Positions 35,961 through 45,389 of a DNA stretch of 45,389 bases are shown piece after piece; position 1 is the first letter of the stretch, and the number at the start of each line of letters is the position of its first letter. Under the pieces are notes generated by a model, which worked only from the letters and a program-made list of their open reading frames with translations, did not search any database and had not been told where the DNA came from. The translations under genes and the position numbers were made by a program. This stretch comes from Elusimicrobiota bacterium (GTDB taxonomy: Bacteria; CG03; SLGR01; JBDRKX01): assembly GCA_043813605.1 (NCBI GenBank), contig JBDRKX010000114.1, positions 1 to 45,389 of the forward strand, in the 5' to 3' direction.

Positions 35961-36900
35961 GTCTTTCTTTATCACAGCACCTGCCCTGATACATACCCCT
36001 GTCATCCATCAGGCTGCCTAATTCACTCAAAAACCTGTTTTTTTCGTTTATCCATAAAGGCGCAGTCAGATATTCCAGGCTGCAATCAGCCGTTATCCTC
36101 TGTATAACGGTATCAGGATCCAGATATTCAAGAAATTCGGCTGCCAGTTCCAGGTATTCGTCAAACTCAAGAGGCGTATAAACACCGGATATGAAATCGT
36201 CTTCAAGGACAGTGCCTTTAATTACATGAAGAGGATGTATCTTTATGCCGTCAAGACCCAGTCCGCCCAGACGGCCGGCTGTATGCAGTATGTCTTCCCT
36301 GGATTCACCCGGTATCCCTATGATAACATGAGCACAGACCTTTATACCGGGACGTTTACGGGTTAATTCAAGAGCTTTCAGGAAATCACTGTACGTATGA
36401 TTACGGTTAATATATTTCAAAGATCTATCATGCACACTTTGGACACCGTATTCTATCCACACCTCATAATCACCGGTGTAGCCTTCTATGACATCGAGTA
36501 TGCCGTTATCAATACAATCCGGCCGCGTGCCTATGGATATCCCGACGATATTGTCAAAATCCCTGATCGTATCGTATTTTTCCTTCAGGACTCCGGGTAA
36601 ACCGTATGTATTCGTATATGCCTGAAAATAGATAATGTATTTTTCTGCTCCGTAACGCTGTTTTAAAAATTTCATACCGTCATTTATCTGTACAGCAAGC
36701 GGTACGGACGGTTTCCTTGAATTAAGACTAAAACCCCTGTTATCGCAATATGTGCAACCGCCATCTCCCGTTCTACCGTCCCGGTTTGGACAACTGAACC
36801 CGGCGTCAACACTGATCTTGAATACTTTTGTCCCGAAACGGCCTTTCAGGTATTCCGAAAACCTGTAGTATTTCCGCCTGATCCCGGTTTTCTGTCCCAT
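35938..36900 (-). CDS. TIGR01212 (YhcC-like) radical SAM protein (ORF track start 36930)
   Basis: DAGFSCPNRDG..GGCTYC, YFQAYTNTY, GTRPDC, GIKIHPLH. Confidence 0.92.
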   Translation of the reverse strand: MGQKTGIRRKYYRFSEYLKGRFGTKVFKISVDAGFSCPNRDGRTGDGGCTYCDNRGFSLNSRKPSVPLAVQINDGMKFLKQRYGAEKYIIYFQAYTNTYGLPGVLKEKYDTIRDFDNIVGISIGTRPDCIDNGILDVIEGYTGDYEVWIEYGVQSVHDRSLKYINRNHTYSDFLKALELTRKRPGIKVCAHVIIGIPGESREDILHTAGRLGGLGLDGIKIHPLHVIKGTVLEDDFISGVYTPLEFDEYLELAAEFLEYLDPDTVIQRITADCSLEYLTAPLWINEKNRFLSELGSLMDDRGMYQGRCCDKERHEISRSL

Positions 36901-36904
36901 ACAT

Positions 36905-37300
36905 TTATTCCTTTTCAACGCGTATTTCATCCTCTCTGCAGCCCCGTGTGATCTTCTTTATCAGCATATACCCCGCCGCGAGCATTAGAACGGCACCGGC
37001 AAACCCTCCCATATTTCCTTTAAGCATGTAGCCCGCCAGAAAACCGCAGAAAGCAAAAACTGCCGGAAGAAAATAGAGCAAAAAGGATAGTTTTAATATC
37101 GTATGGCACGGGACTTCAAGAACCACTTTATCACCTTCTTTGAATCTTTCTTCTACAGGCAGGTTCAGATACTTTGTCCGGTTTCTGCTGCAGCTGTCAC
37201 ACCCTTCACATTCAGGAGATTCGAGCAGTTTTACATCCACCCCTGCATCAGATATGCCTGTAACAACACCTTTAATCCTGAGTTTTTCTTCGAGCTTCAT
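36905..37300 (-). CDS. rseC: RseC/MucC family protein
   Basis: CEGCDSC, GDKV, LLYFLP followed by two TMs; directly after rnfB. Confidence 0.8.
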   Translation of the reverse strand: MKLEEKLRIKGVVTGISDAGVDVKLLESPECEGCDSCSRNRTKYLNLPVEERFKEGDKVVLEVPCHTILKLSFLLYFLPAVFAFCGFLAGYMLKGNMGGFAGAVLMLAAGYMLIKKITRGCREDEIRVEKE

Positions 37301-38075
37301 ATATACAGCCGGTGGGGCACTTGATATCCTTGACGGATATTTCCGGGATCTGCCGGGTTACTCCGGCAAGATTATTATCGACAGAAAAAGAACCTGCCGG
37401 CGCCTTTTTCTCACATATCCTGCATGCTATGCACCCGAAAGCACATACTTCTCGCGTATCTTTTCCTGCCTGCATATTACTGCATCCGACATATATTATC
37501 CGGTCTCCGACGAGATCCTGCAATATTATGATATTCCTGGGACAGGCATCAACACATATGCCGCAGCCGGTGCATTTTTCTATATCTACAACCGGCATTG
37601 AATTCTTATCCGGCGATATGGCATCAAACGGGCACACAGCGGCACAGTCCCCGTAGCCGAAACAGCCATACTTACAGGCCATTCCGCCGCCTAACAGCTG
37701 AGCTGATACACACGTGCAGGGTCCATTGTATTCTGCCAGATATATCTTTTTCTCAGCCCGGCACCGCACTATGGCTTTCTTCGGTACGGCATCATCACAA
37801 TGATCGATTCCCATTATGGACGCTATCTTACGATTTGTTTCAACTCCGCCGGCCCGGCACAGATCAGCAGCAGCTTTCCGGCTGTTAAGTGATACCGCAT
37901 ATTCATGACAAGATGCATATCCGCATGCGCCGCAGTTGATCCCCGGAAGCGCTTCAGAGAGTTCTTCTATACGCGGGTCTTCCTCCACCTTAAGCCTGTT
38001 GTAGGCGATCACCAGGATCACGCCCGCCGTGATCCCAATGCCTCCAAGCGCCAGTAAACTGTATAGAATAACCAT
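37272..38075 (-). CDS. rnfB: Rnf electron transport complex subunit B
   Basis: LPGINCGACGYASC, CKYGCFGYGDCAAVCPFDA, CTGCGICVDACP. Confidence 0.94.
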   Translation of the reverse strand: MVILYSLLALGGIGITAGVILVIAYNRLKVEEDPRIEELSEALPGINCGACGYASCHEYAVSLNSRKAAADLCRAGGVETNRKIASIMGIDHCDDAVPKKAIVRCRAEKKIYLAEYNGPCTCVSAQLLGGGMACKYGCFGYGDCAAVCPFDAISPDKNSMPVVDIEKCTGCGICVDACPRNIIILQDLVGDRIIYVGCSNMQAGKDTREVCAFGCIACRICEKKAPAGSFSVDNNLAGVTRQIPEISVKDIKCPTGCIYEARRKTQD

Positions 38076-38076
38076 A

Positions 38077-38664
38077 TTACGGAGCTATTATCCCGGAAAA
38101 CCCCATAAATGCCAGCGCAAGTAAGCCTGCCGTTATAAGCGTTATTGGAGCACCTTTAAAAATATCAGGAACCGGCGCATACTCCAGTTCCTCTCTTATG
38201 CCCGCCATGATCACTATAACAAGCGTAAAACCGACGCCGGCTCCGAAACCGAACACTACCGTTTCTATATAATTATACTGCCGCAATACCATAAAAAGCG
38301 CCATACCCAATATGGCGCAGTTGGTAGTGATCAGCGGCAGATATATACCCAGGGCGCGGTATAGGTTATGAAAGAATCTTCTCAGGAACATCTCTACAAA
38401 CTGAACCAGTGAAGCTATGACGATTATGAAAGCCACATATTCAAGAAAAGGCAGGTTAAGCCCTGTTTCGCCGGATATTATATAATAGTTTATCGGCCAG
38501 GTCACAAGAGCCGTCATTGTAAGAACGAAAGTAGTCGCCATCCCTATACCGACAGCCGAATCGAGTCTGGTAGATACTCCGAGAAAAGGACATATCCCGA
38601 GAAAATAGTACAACACAAAATTATTTACCAGAACAGCCGAGATAAATATAGTCAATAGAGCCAT
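38077..38664 (-). CDS. rnfA: Rnf subunit A (ORF track start 38712; likely start 38664)
   Basis: NNFVL..FLGICPFLGVS, GIYLPLITTNC, GLLALAFMGF. Confidence 0.94.
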   Translation of the reverse strand: MALLTIFISAVLVNNFVLYYFLGICPFLGVSTRLDSAVGIGMATTFVLTMTALVTWPINYYIISGETGLNLPFLEYVAFIIVIASLVQFVEMFLRRFFHNLYRALGIYLPLITTNCAILGMALFMVLRQYNYIETVVFGFGAGVGFTLVIVIMAGIREELEYAPVPDIFKGAPITLITAGLLALAFMGFSGIIAP

Positions 38665-38665
38665 T

Positions 38666-39259
38666 TCACACCTGCCTCTGTTTTTTATTAAGAAGGTTGT
38701 ATAACGCTGCAATAATACCCAGTGTTATAAAAGCCCCTGCCGGTAGTACCATTATCACAAGCGGCCTGAACGAACCCGGCATAAGATGTATTCCAAAACA
38801 GCTTCCCGCCCCGAGAAGTTCCCTGACAGAACCCAGCAGGATGAGCAGCATCGTGAATCCCACTCCCATACCCAGTGTATCCGCTATGGAAAGATGTACC
38901 GGATTTTTTGACGTGAATGCTTCCTGTCTTCCCAGTATAATACAGTTTACTACAATAAGCGGGACATACGGTCCGAGCGACCTGCTTATTTCCGGAAAAT
39001 ATGCCTTAAGCGCCATATCGACCACTGTCACAAAAGTAGCTATTATGACTGTAAAGACGGGTATCCTGACCTGTGCCGGTATGATCTTCCTGAAAAGAGA
39101 TATTATTATACCCGAACTGATCACTACGAAGGTCGTTGCAAGTCCCATAGACATGCCGTTTAATGCCGAAGTCGTCACAGCCAGTGTCGGGCACATACCG
39201 AGCAGCTGTTTCAGTACGGGATTTTCCTTCCAGATACCTTTAACGAATTCTCTTAACAT
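38666..39259 (-). CDS. rnfE: Rnf subunit E
   Basis: ENPVLKQLLGMCPTLAVT, PLIVVNCIILGR, LPAGAF. Confidence 0.94.
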   Translation of the reverse strand: MLREFVKGIWKENPVLKQLLGMCPTLAVTTSALNGMSMGLATTFVVISSGIIISLFRKIIPAQVRIPVFTVIIATFVTVVDMALKAYFPEISRSLGPYVPLIVVNCIILGRQEAFTSKNPVHLSIADTLGMGVGFTMLLILLGSVRELLGAGSCFGIHLMPGSFRPLVIMVLPAGAFITLGIIAALYNLLNKKQRQV

Positions 39260-39767
39260 CTTCCAGCGCCCTGTTAACTATCTTCTCTACCGCAACAGAG
39301 GAAATCGTCGCCCCTGTGATCGCATTGACCTTTATTCCATCAGACAACGGTACATTCATTTTTCTGAACTGCCGGCAGAAATCGTCTCCCTTTATCCTGT
39401 CTCCGAGCCCCGGTGTTTCCACTGAATCAAGGACGATGACTCCTGTCATTATATCCAGGTCCGGGCCCACGCCCACCATGAGCGTAATATAACCCTGGAA
39501 TCCCATTCCCTCTGCCAGTACCGCATATCCGGCGGTAGAGTTTTCTGTTTTTCCTCTAAAGATCACGGGTTCCGCGTTTATCTTCTCATATGATGTTATA
39601 CCGGGCAGCACACCGAATACTGCTTCTTTTATGACTTTCTTTTTATTCTCCTTTATCTTCTCTTCAGTAATGCTGTGTACAGCGCCCAGCACAGCAGCCG
39701 AAACGAAACATACTCCTACAAGGACAATCATCATATTTAAAGCAGAGTTTTTCCTGGTTTTTGTCAT
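39240..39767 (-). CDS. rnfG: Rnf subunit G
   Basis: N-terminal TM, ETPGLG, FMN-attachment motif ITGATISS. Confidence 0.92.
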   Translation of the reverse strand: MTKTRKNSALNMMIVLVGVCFVSAAVLGAVHSITEEKIKENKKKVIKEAVFGVLPGITSYEKINAEPVIFRGKTENSTAGYAVLAEGMGFQGYITLMVGVGPDLDIMTGVIVLDSVETPGLGDRIKGDDFCRQFRKMNVPLSDGIKVNAITGATISSVAVEKIVNRALEDVKRIR

Positions 39768-41023
39768 AAGAGTGTTTTTGCCGTCTTGAACTTATATGTA
39801 AGCGGTATCCCGCTCGGGCAGATATAACTGCAGCAGCCGCATTCCATACAATTAAGCAGTCCTTCTTCTTTCATCCTATCATAATCTTTTCCATCATAGA
39901 ATCTATTGAGTCTCTGAGGTATCTGCTGAACGGGACAGACATCCACGCATTTGCCGCAAACCATACACGGATACTCGTTATGCTTTTCCGGGGACTTGAG
40001 CAGTATCCCGGACGTAGTCTTCAGCACAGGCAATTCCGCCGAATCAATGGAAAATCCCATCATGGGACCTCCCATAAGTATATTGTATGTTTCTCTCTTT
40101 TCCACCTGGTAATACCCCAGTATTTCGCTTATTCTTGTTCCTATGGCAGTTCTGACATTGACGCTCTTTATCATTTCCGGACCGCAGACAGTAATAACCC
40201 GCTCAATAAGCGGTTTCCCTTCGCACACAGCTTCATGTACGGCAAGACAGGTACCGACATTATGAACAGATATCCCTATATCATGCGGAAGCCCGCCCAG
40301 CGGTACTTCTTTTCCTGTTACAGCCGTTATCAGCATTTTTTCACAACCCTGGGGATAAACCTTCTGTAATTCAACGACCTCTATGCCTTTTGTATATGCA
40401 GCTATTCTACTCATATTGGATATAGCTTCTTTTTTATCTTTTTCTATACCTATCAGGCCTTTTGCAGCACCTACCGTATCCCTGACCAGCACAAATCCGG
40501 CTACAATCTTTTCGCCGTCTTCTATCATCATGCGTTCGTCTGCCGTAAGGTACGGCTCGCATTCACATCCGTTAAGCAGGACCGTTTCTATCTTTTTAGG
40601 CGGATTCAGTTTAATATATGCCGGGAACCCGGCTCCACCCATACCCACTATTCCGGCCATCCTGACCCTTTCTCTCACAGTCTCTGAGGTAATCTCTCCG
40701 AGCGGTTCCATTAATAGAGGCGCCTGGTCTCCTTCTTTCTTTATCGTAATAGCTTCAGAGACTTTTCCATCAGGCCTGTTCTGCAGGGATACAGCGGTCA
40801 CTTTTCCGCCTACCGGCGCATGAAAATCAGAAGAACACCTCCCTTGTCCCTCGGCTATAAGCTGGCCGCGCTTTACTTCATCCCCCTTTTTCACAACAGG
40901 CTTTGCGGGCGCCCCTATATGCTGCAGGGTATATACAACAGCTTCCTGCGGAAAAGGCAGCTGTTCTATCTTATCGTACCTCGACGCTGATTTATATGAT
41001 TTTATTTTTATTCCGGCAGGCAT
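39764..41023 (-). CDS. rnfC: Rnf subunit C
   Basis: QHIGAPA, GIVGMGGAGFP, NGCECEPYLTAD, GGPMMG, CMVCGKCVDVCP, CMECGCCSYICP. Confidence 0.95.
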   Translation of the reverse strand: MPAGIKIKSYKSASRYDKIEQLPFPQEAVVYTLQHIGAPAKPVVKKGDEVKRGQLIAEGQGRCSSDFHAPVGGKVTAVSLQNRPDGKVSEAITIKKEGDQAPLLMEPLGEITSETVRERVRMAGIVGMGGAGFPAYIKLNPPKKIETVLLNGCECEPYLTADERMMIEDGEKIVAGFVLVRDTVGAAKGLIGIEKDKKEAISNMSRIAAYTKGIEVVELQKVYPQGCEKMLITAVTGKEVPLGGLPHDIGISVHNVGTCLAVHEAVCEGKPLIERVITVCGPEMIKSVNVRTAIGTRISEILGYYQVEKRETYNILMGGPMMGFSIDSAELPVLKTTSGILLKSPEKHNEYPCMVCGKCVDVCPVQQIPQRLNRFYDGKDYDRMKEEGLLNCMECGCCSYICPSGIPLTYKFKTAKTLL

Positions 41024-41026
41024 ATT

Positions 41027-41902
41027 CTAATCGAATATTACAGTCTTTGACCCTTCGTTTGTACCGTAGACAAGTATTTTTCTTTCCAGATGCCAGCTAA
41101 GAGCTCTTCCGAGTACCGATTTTTCAAGATCTTCACCTTTTCTCTGCATATCCGGGATGGAATTCCTGTGGCTGACTCTCACTACATCCTGTTCTATTAT
41201 CGGGCCGGAGTCCAGTTCCTCTGTGATATAATGGCTTGTAGCTCCTATTATCTTTACCCCCCTCTGATATGCCTGGTCATAAGGTTTGGCACCCATGAAT
41301 GCAGGAAGGAATGAATGATGGATATTGATTATATTATTCGGGAACTCATCAACAAACTCTTTAGTGAGTATCTGCATATACCTGGCAAGCACAACCAATT
41401 CTACCTCTTTTTCCTTCAGCAGACGGAGCTCCTCTTTTTCCTGCTGTTTCTTGTTTTCTTTGTCTATGGGAAATTCCATGAACTCTATACCGAACGATTC
41501 CACGAGTTCACCGGCATTAGGATGGTTTGATATTATCAGCGGGATCTCAAAGTTAAGCTGGCCTTCTTTATACCTGTACAGCAGATCATAGAGACAATGC
41601 AGCTTTTTTGAAACAAATATAGCTATCTTCGGTTTATAATCCGTAAAATGGAGCTGCCATTCCATCTCGTATTTAGTTGCTATAGGGGAAAACTCTCCGG
41701 TAATCGATTCCCTGGGTATACTAAACCCTTCAAGGGACCATTCTATCCGCATGAAGAATATACCCTTTTTCTTGTCTACATGCTGGTCGGCGTGTTCTAT
41801 ATTGCCGTTATTGGTGTATATAAAATCCGTAACAGCAGCTATCAGGCCCCGCCTGTCGGGACATGATATAAGCAGTATGCCATGTGCGCAGTTTTTCTCC
41901 AT
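41027..41902 (-). CDS. purU: Formyltetrahydrofolate deformylase
   Basis: SCPDRRG ACT domain, LARYMQIL, INIHHSFLPAF, RGVKIIGATSHY. Confidence 0.96.
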   Translation of the reverse strand: MEKNCAHGILLISCPDRRGLIAAVTDFIYTNNGNIEHADQHVDKKKGIFFMRIEWSLEGFSIPRESITGEFSPIATKYEMEWQLHFTDYKPKIAIFVSKKLHCLYDLLYRYKEGQLNFEIPLIISNHPNAGELVESFGIEFMEFPIDKENKKQQEKEELRLLKEKEVELVVLARYMQILTKEFVDEFPNNIINIHHSFLPAFMGAKPYDQAYQRGVKIIGATSHYITEELDSGPIIEQDVVRVSHRNSIPDMQRKGEDLEKSVLGRALSWHLERKILVYGTNEGSKTVIFD

Positions 41903-42079
41903 GCGTAAAGTATAATAATTATAGGAAATGTTTACAAGATATTGACAACTATAAGCAGGAATTACACTCTACCGGTCCTATCCGGATCTATTGCTGCAAC
42001 CGTCACATGGGTATTTTGCCGGAAAAATATTGATTTACGGTGTTTAAATAATAACCGGGGAATTCTATATTAAGGGTTT

Positions 42080-42243
42080 AACCCATTTTTTGCGATAGAG
42101 ATGAAGAACAGAGACGGAAAAGACGCCATATAATACACAGCAAAAAAGAGAGGTAATACTCGTAAGTATTGCTGAGCTTTTTTGTGACGTAGAATGTGGT
42201 GTTCTTTGCGTCGAATTCCATCTTTTATTGCAAATAATGGGTT
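42080..42243 (+). repeat. 164-bp imperfect inverted repeat (structured RNA or MITE/REP-like element)
   Basis: aacccatt...aatgggtt termini; tttgcgatagagatg/catcttttattgcaaa; gacgccatat/atgtggtgtt; ggtaatact-cgta-agtattgct apex. Confidence 0.8.
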
Positions 42244-42255
42244 CATAGATAACTC

Positions 42256-44196
42256 CTATCCCGTAAGTCCGGTGATTTCATAGACATGAACCGGTTTTTC
42301 TTTTCCTTTGACTTTAAGCGGTTCAAGATCCTTCACCTGGACTATATCTTTCACTTCTTCGTATGTGGTTTCACTTATAATAAGCTGCTCGCGGCCGGCA
42401 TTTTCCTCCAGCCTTGCAGCCAGGTTCACATTGTCGCCGATTACAGTATAATCGGAGAACTGGTCAGAACCCATATTGCCTACTACGACATCTCCTGTAT
42501 TTATGCCCATACCGACGCCGATTTTCCTCTTACCCTCACTCTCCCATTTTTTCTGCAGTTCTTCTATCTTCTTTCTCATCGCCCATGCAGCCCTTACAGC
42601 AAGTTCAGCATGGTTTTCCTGCTCGATAGGAGCGCCCCATACTGCCATGATAGCATCACCTATGAATTTATCCAGTGTTCCGTTATATTCGAATATAATA
42701 TCTATCATCTCGGTAAGATATTCATTGAGTATGCTCACTACTTCTTCAGGAGGCATCTTTTCCGACATGGAAGTAAATCCCCTTATATCAGAAAAGAATA
42801 CGGTAAGCCTCTTTCTCTGGCCGCCCAGTTTGATCTTTCCGGGTTCTTCGAGGAGGACATCTACGACTCGGGAAGAGACATAACGCTGGAACATTCTCCT
42901 TATCACTTTCTTTTCATTTTCCTCGCTTGTAAACTGGTATATTGTTATCACTGTATAGGATATCAGAACCGCCAGAAGAGGATAAAAAACCGATATAATG
43001 TAATTATTCTTAAAAAAGACAAAATTTGCATAGAAATAGGCGCATACAAGCAGTACATTCAGCGATATGGATATTATTGCCCTGAACCTGAGCGTCATCA
43101 ATGAGGCGGCCAGTCCTAAAAATACTATAATAAGATAATTCAGCCAATCCGGTGCGCCGACCATAAAATCCGACTGTATTATATTTGCTGCTACTATTGT
43201 CTGAAAACCCACCATGGAAAAAAGCGGTGAAAAAGGTGTCGGCCTCTGATCATGAGTACCGGTAGCTGCCAGTCCAAGGAAAATTAACTTATCCTTCAGT
43301 TGTTTAAGACCTTCCCCGGAGTCCTGGCCGCTCAAAACCTTTTCATGCTCCGCTGCAAGGCCTATTACCGATTTCATCGGTATATTTTCCGGTTTGAACT
43401 TACCGGGATGGTTGACCAGCATCCTGCATTTCCGGTCTACAGGGATCTTCATTTCGCCTTTTGAACCTTTGAACGAGATATACTTGCCGGGTCTTATAGT
43501 TACATCCTTTTTATTTACATCCAGATAATCCATGGCGGCTTCAAAACAGATATTCGGTATTATATGGCCTTTATACTGCATAACTAACGGTACGCGCCGT
43601 ATAACCCCGTCGTTATCCGAAGGTGAATTAACAAAACCCGAACTCTTTGCTTTTGAGCTGAAAAGCGGAATAGGCATCACTAATTTGCTGACTCTGATAA
43701 AACTGGAGGGACTGTATTCCGAAACCCTTCCCAGGCTTATCTTTTCTATGATCTTCTGATTTGTGGGATGAAGTTTGTCGGTATATCCCTTTATATTCTC
43801 ACTTTCGGCAGGTATACAGTAAAACGGGTAATAAACCCGCCCCATTTTCATGGACATTTCGGCAAGCAGAAGATCGTCTTCAGGAAACTCTTCTGAGGGT
43901 TCCGTGAAGAGGATATCAAAAACGAGCGCCTTGGGCTCGTAAGCACGCAGGATGTCGACAATTGCCGCTACATATCCCCTGCGCCAGGGCCAGCGGCCGA
44001 ACCCTTCAGGTGATACACTGGCATCATCGATAGCTAGAAGAAAAACATCTCCGGAAATCGGTTTTTCGCCTCTTAGAACAAAACGCCAGTCGATCAGTTT
44101 CAGTTCCATGATCCTGCCGACGTTCAATATGGACAGAAGGATAACCAGCAGCGGTATCCCTACTAAAATTGCATACAGTGTTCTCTTCTTTTTCAT
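42256..44196 (-). CDS. CHASE2-domain class III adenylate/guanylate cyclase
   Basis: GRWPWRR, FDILF, DNDGVIRR, three TMs, FSDIRGFT, LDKFIGDAIMA, YTVIGDNVNLAARLE. Confidence 0.95.
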   Translation of the reverse strand: MKKKRTLYAILVGIPLLVILLSILNVGRIMELKLIDWRFVLRGEKPISGDVFLLAIDDASVSPEGFGRWPWRRGYVAAIVDILRAYEPKALVFDILFTEPSEEFPEDDLLLAEMSMKMGRVYYPFYCIPAESENIKGYTDKLHPTNQKIIEKISLGRVSEYSPSSFIRVSKLVMPIPLFSSKAKSSGFVNSPSDNDGVIRRVPLVMQYKGHIIPNICFEAAMDYLDVNKKDVTIRPGKYISFKGSKGEMKIPVDRKCRMLVNHPGKFKPENIPMKSVIGLAAEHEKVLSGQDSGEGLKQLKDKLIFLGLAATGTHDQRPTPFSPLFSMVGFQTIVAANIIQSDFMVGAPDWLNYLIIVFLGLAASLMTLRFRAIISISLNVLLVCAYFYANFVFFKNNYIISVFYPLLAVLISYTVITIYQFTSEENEKKVIRRMFQRYVSSRVVDVLLEEPGKIKLGGQRKRLTVFFSDIRGFTSMSEKMPPEEVVSILNEYLTEMIDIIFEYNGTLDKFIGDAIMAVWGAPIEQENHAELAVRAAWAMRKKIEELQKKWESEGKRKIGVGMGINTGDVVVGNMGSDQFSDYTVIGDNVNLAARLEENAGREQLIISETTYEEVKDIVQVKDLEPLKVKGKEKPVHVYEITGLTG

Positions 44197-44203
44197 CCGG
44201 CTA

Positions 44204-44232
44204 TTGACATAATACTACTTTCTTAATATAAA
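44204..44232 (+). promoter_or_regulatory. sigma70 promoter for the M48 peptidase gene
   Basis: TTGACA-17 bp-TATAAA. Confidence 0.6.
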
Positions 44233-44245
44233 ATCATATAAAATA

Positions 44246-45389
44246 ATGGCGTCAAACACAAGAACAACATATCCGGGTATTGATAAAGAAAAACAAAAAA
44301 CCGCAAAAGAATATTTCTTTAGAAAATATTTTACCGGTAAAATCTCGGCCATTGTATCACTTACTGCTATTATAACACTATGCTTAACCGGGCTTTCTCT
44401 TATTATTTCGTCTTTTGCCTTTTCAATAACATCAATACAACTTTTCGCGAGAAGCCTGTATTTCATTATACTATTTTCCTTTTTCTTTCTGATTTCTTTC
44501 CCTTTTTCATATATCTCATCCTTCTCCATTGAACACCGATATGATTTTTCCAATCAGGATCTTGCCGGCTGGCTTAAAGACCAGTTTAAAGCATTTGCCA
44601 TATCGCTCCTGCTCGGGCTTATAATTGTAAACACTTTTTATTTTATAGTTGATATTTCTCCGCATCTCTGGTGGCTCTGGACAGGTATATTCCTGATGCT
44701 TTTTACGGTGCTGCTGCAGCATCTTGCACCGGTACTCTTTATACCTGTTTTTTATAAACTGGAGCCTCTCAGTGATGAGATATTAAAAGAAAAACTTTTA
44801 TCACTTGCAGAAAAAACAGGCATCAATGTCATAGATATTCACACAATAAAACTCAGTGACAAGACAAAAAAGGCTAATGCCGCATTGACCGGCCTCGGCT
44901 CTACGAGAAGGATACTTCTGGGAGACACACTGCTCAAAGATTACGACTACGGTGAGATAGAAACCGTAATAGCGCACGAACTGGCACATCATATACACGG
45001 CCATATATCTAAACTGATCCTCCTTGACGGTATCATTACATTTGCCGGGGCTTATATATTGTATCTTATACTGCCCCGGTCACTTATTCTTATCGGCCTT
45101 CCCAGCCTTGAAAATATCGCCAGTCTGCCCGGTATTATGCTCGTTTCAGGTATTCTTTCATTTATAATAAGCCCGGTGGGGCCGCATATCCGCAGGAAAA
45201 TGGAAACAGAAGCTGATAGAACTGCAATAGAACTTTCCCGGAAACCCGATAAGTTTATTTCCACAATGGTTAAATTCGCAAATAATTATCTGTCTTTCGC
45301 GTATCCGCCGAAAATTATTGAATGGCTGGAATATGATCATCCTCCTATCGGAAAAAGGATATCCTCTGCCGAAAAAATGCTGGATATTG
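44246..45389 (+). CDS. M48 (Ste24-like) membrane zinc metalloprotease, 3'-truncated by the window; absent from the ORF track
   Basis: Open frame from ATG 44246: IEHRYDFSNQ, WWLW, KANAALTGLGSTRRILLGDTL, AHELAH, ETEAD, YDHPP..KRI. Confidence 0.92.
   Translation, partial: MASNTRTTYPGIDKEKQKTAKEYFFRKYFTGKISAIVSLTAIITLCLTGLSLIISSFAFSITSIQLFARSLYFIILFSFFFLISFPFSYISSFSIEHRYDFSNQDLAGWLKDQFKAFAISLLLGLIIVNTFYFIVDISPHLWWLWTGIFLMLFTVLLQHLAPVLFIPVFYKLEPLSDEILKEKLLSLAEKTGINVIDIHTIKLSDKTKKANAALTGLGSTRRILLGDTLLKDYDYGEIETVIAHELAHHIHGHISKLILLDGIITFAGAYILYLILPRSLILIGLPSLENIASLPGIMLVSGILSFIISPVGPHIRRKMETEADRTAIELSRKPDKFISTMVKFANNYLSFAYPPKIIEWLEYDHPPIGKRISSAEKMLDI

Noticed and set aside
2426..44212. Numerous short ORFs antisense to or nested within recognised genes (e.g. 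38697-39425, 42286-43104, 25498-26022, 7865-8323)
   Set aside because: They overlap confidently assigned genes and show no family motifs.
44215..45340. Minus-strand ORFs 44215-44553, 44516-44722, 44801-45004, 45052-45264, 45158-45340
   Set aside because: Antisense shadows of the + strand M48 peptidase, with no recognisable motifs.
1..45389. Prophage, IS transposase, tRNA or rRNA genes
   Set aside because: No ORF with phage, integrase or transposase motifs, and no intergenic segment with a cloverleaf/T-loop or rRNA signature was seen.

Overview
Bacterial chromosomal window, mostly minus-strand, from a probably anaerobic diderm. The PorV-like barrel, FlgD/T9SS-type sorting domain, type IV minor pilins and Rnf suggest an Elusimicrobiota-like lineage (inference only). 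(1) 1-9.5 kb: an AT-rich array of five divergent COG1373 (AAA_14 + DUF4143) ATPases plus an AbiEi/AbiEii toxin-antitoxin pair. Most units have a recognisable sigma70-like promoter and a unit-specific palindrome, and most end in a shared ~25-bp motif (consensus AAAACGGGGACGGACCTTGTTTTCA). The spacers hold REP-like hairpins, a decayed ATPase tail and fragments of polysaccharide genes. Both array ends carry copies of the same REC-GAF/wzm junction. No integrase or transposase is in the window. This cassette-like array is the best candidate for an undescribed system. (2) 9.5-19.6 kb: exopolysaccharide export locus (Wzy/O-antigen ligase-like, two Wza-like paralogs, Wzc) mixed with four receiver-domain proteins and no kinase. 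(3) 19.6-25.2 kb: aldolase, DUF1537 kinase, metG (frameshifted at an A9 run), yaaT, holB, tmk. (4) 25.2-30.9 kb: minor pilins flanking an FG-GAP protein with a T9SS-like CTD and a frameshifted PorV-like gene. (5) 30.9-45.4 kb: fabZ, HEAT protein, a tandem-repeat basic protein, PAP2, PilZ, mnmG, radical SAM, rnfC-G-E-A-B-rseC lacking rnfD, purU, a 164-bp strand-asymmetric hairpin, a CHASE2 cyclase and an M48 peptidase running off the end. No rRNA, tRNA or CRISPR array was seen. All family calls come from motif recognition without database searches.
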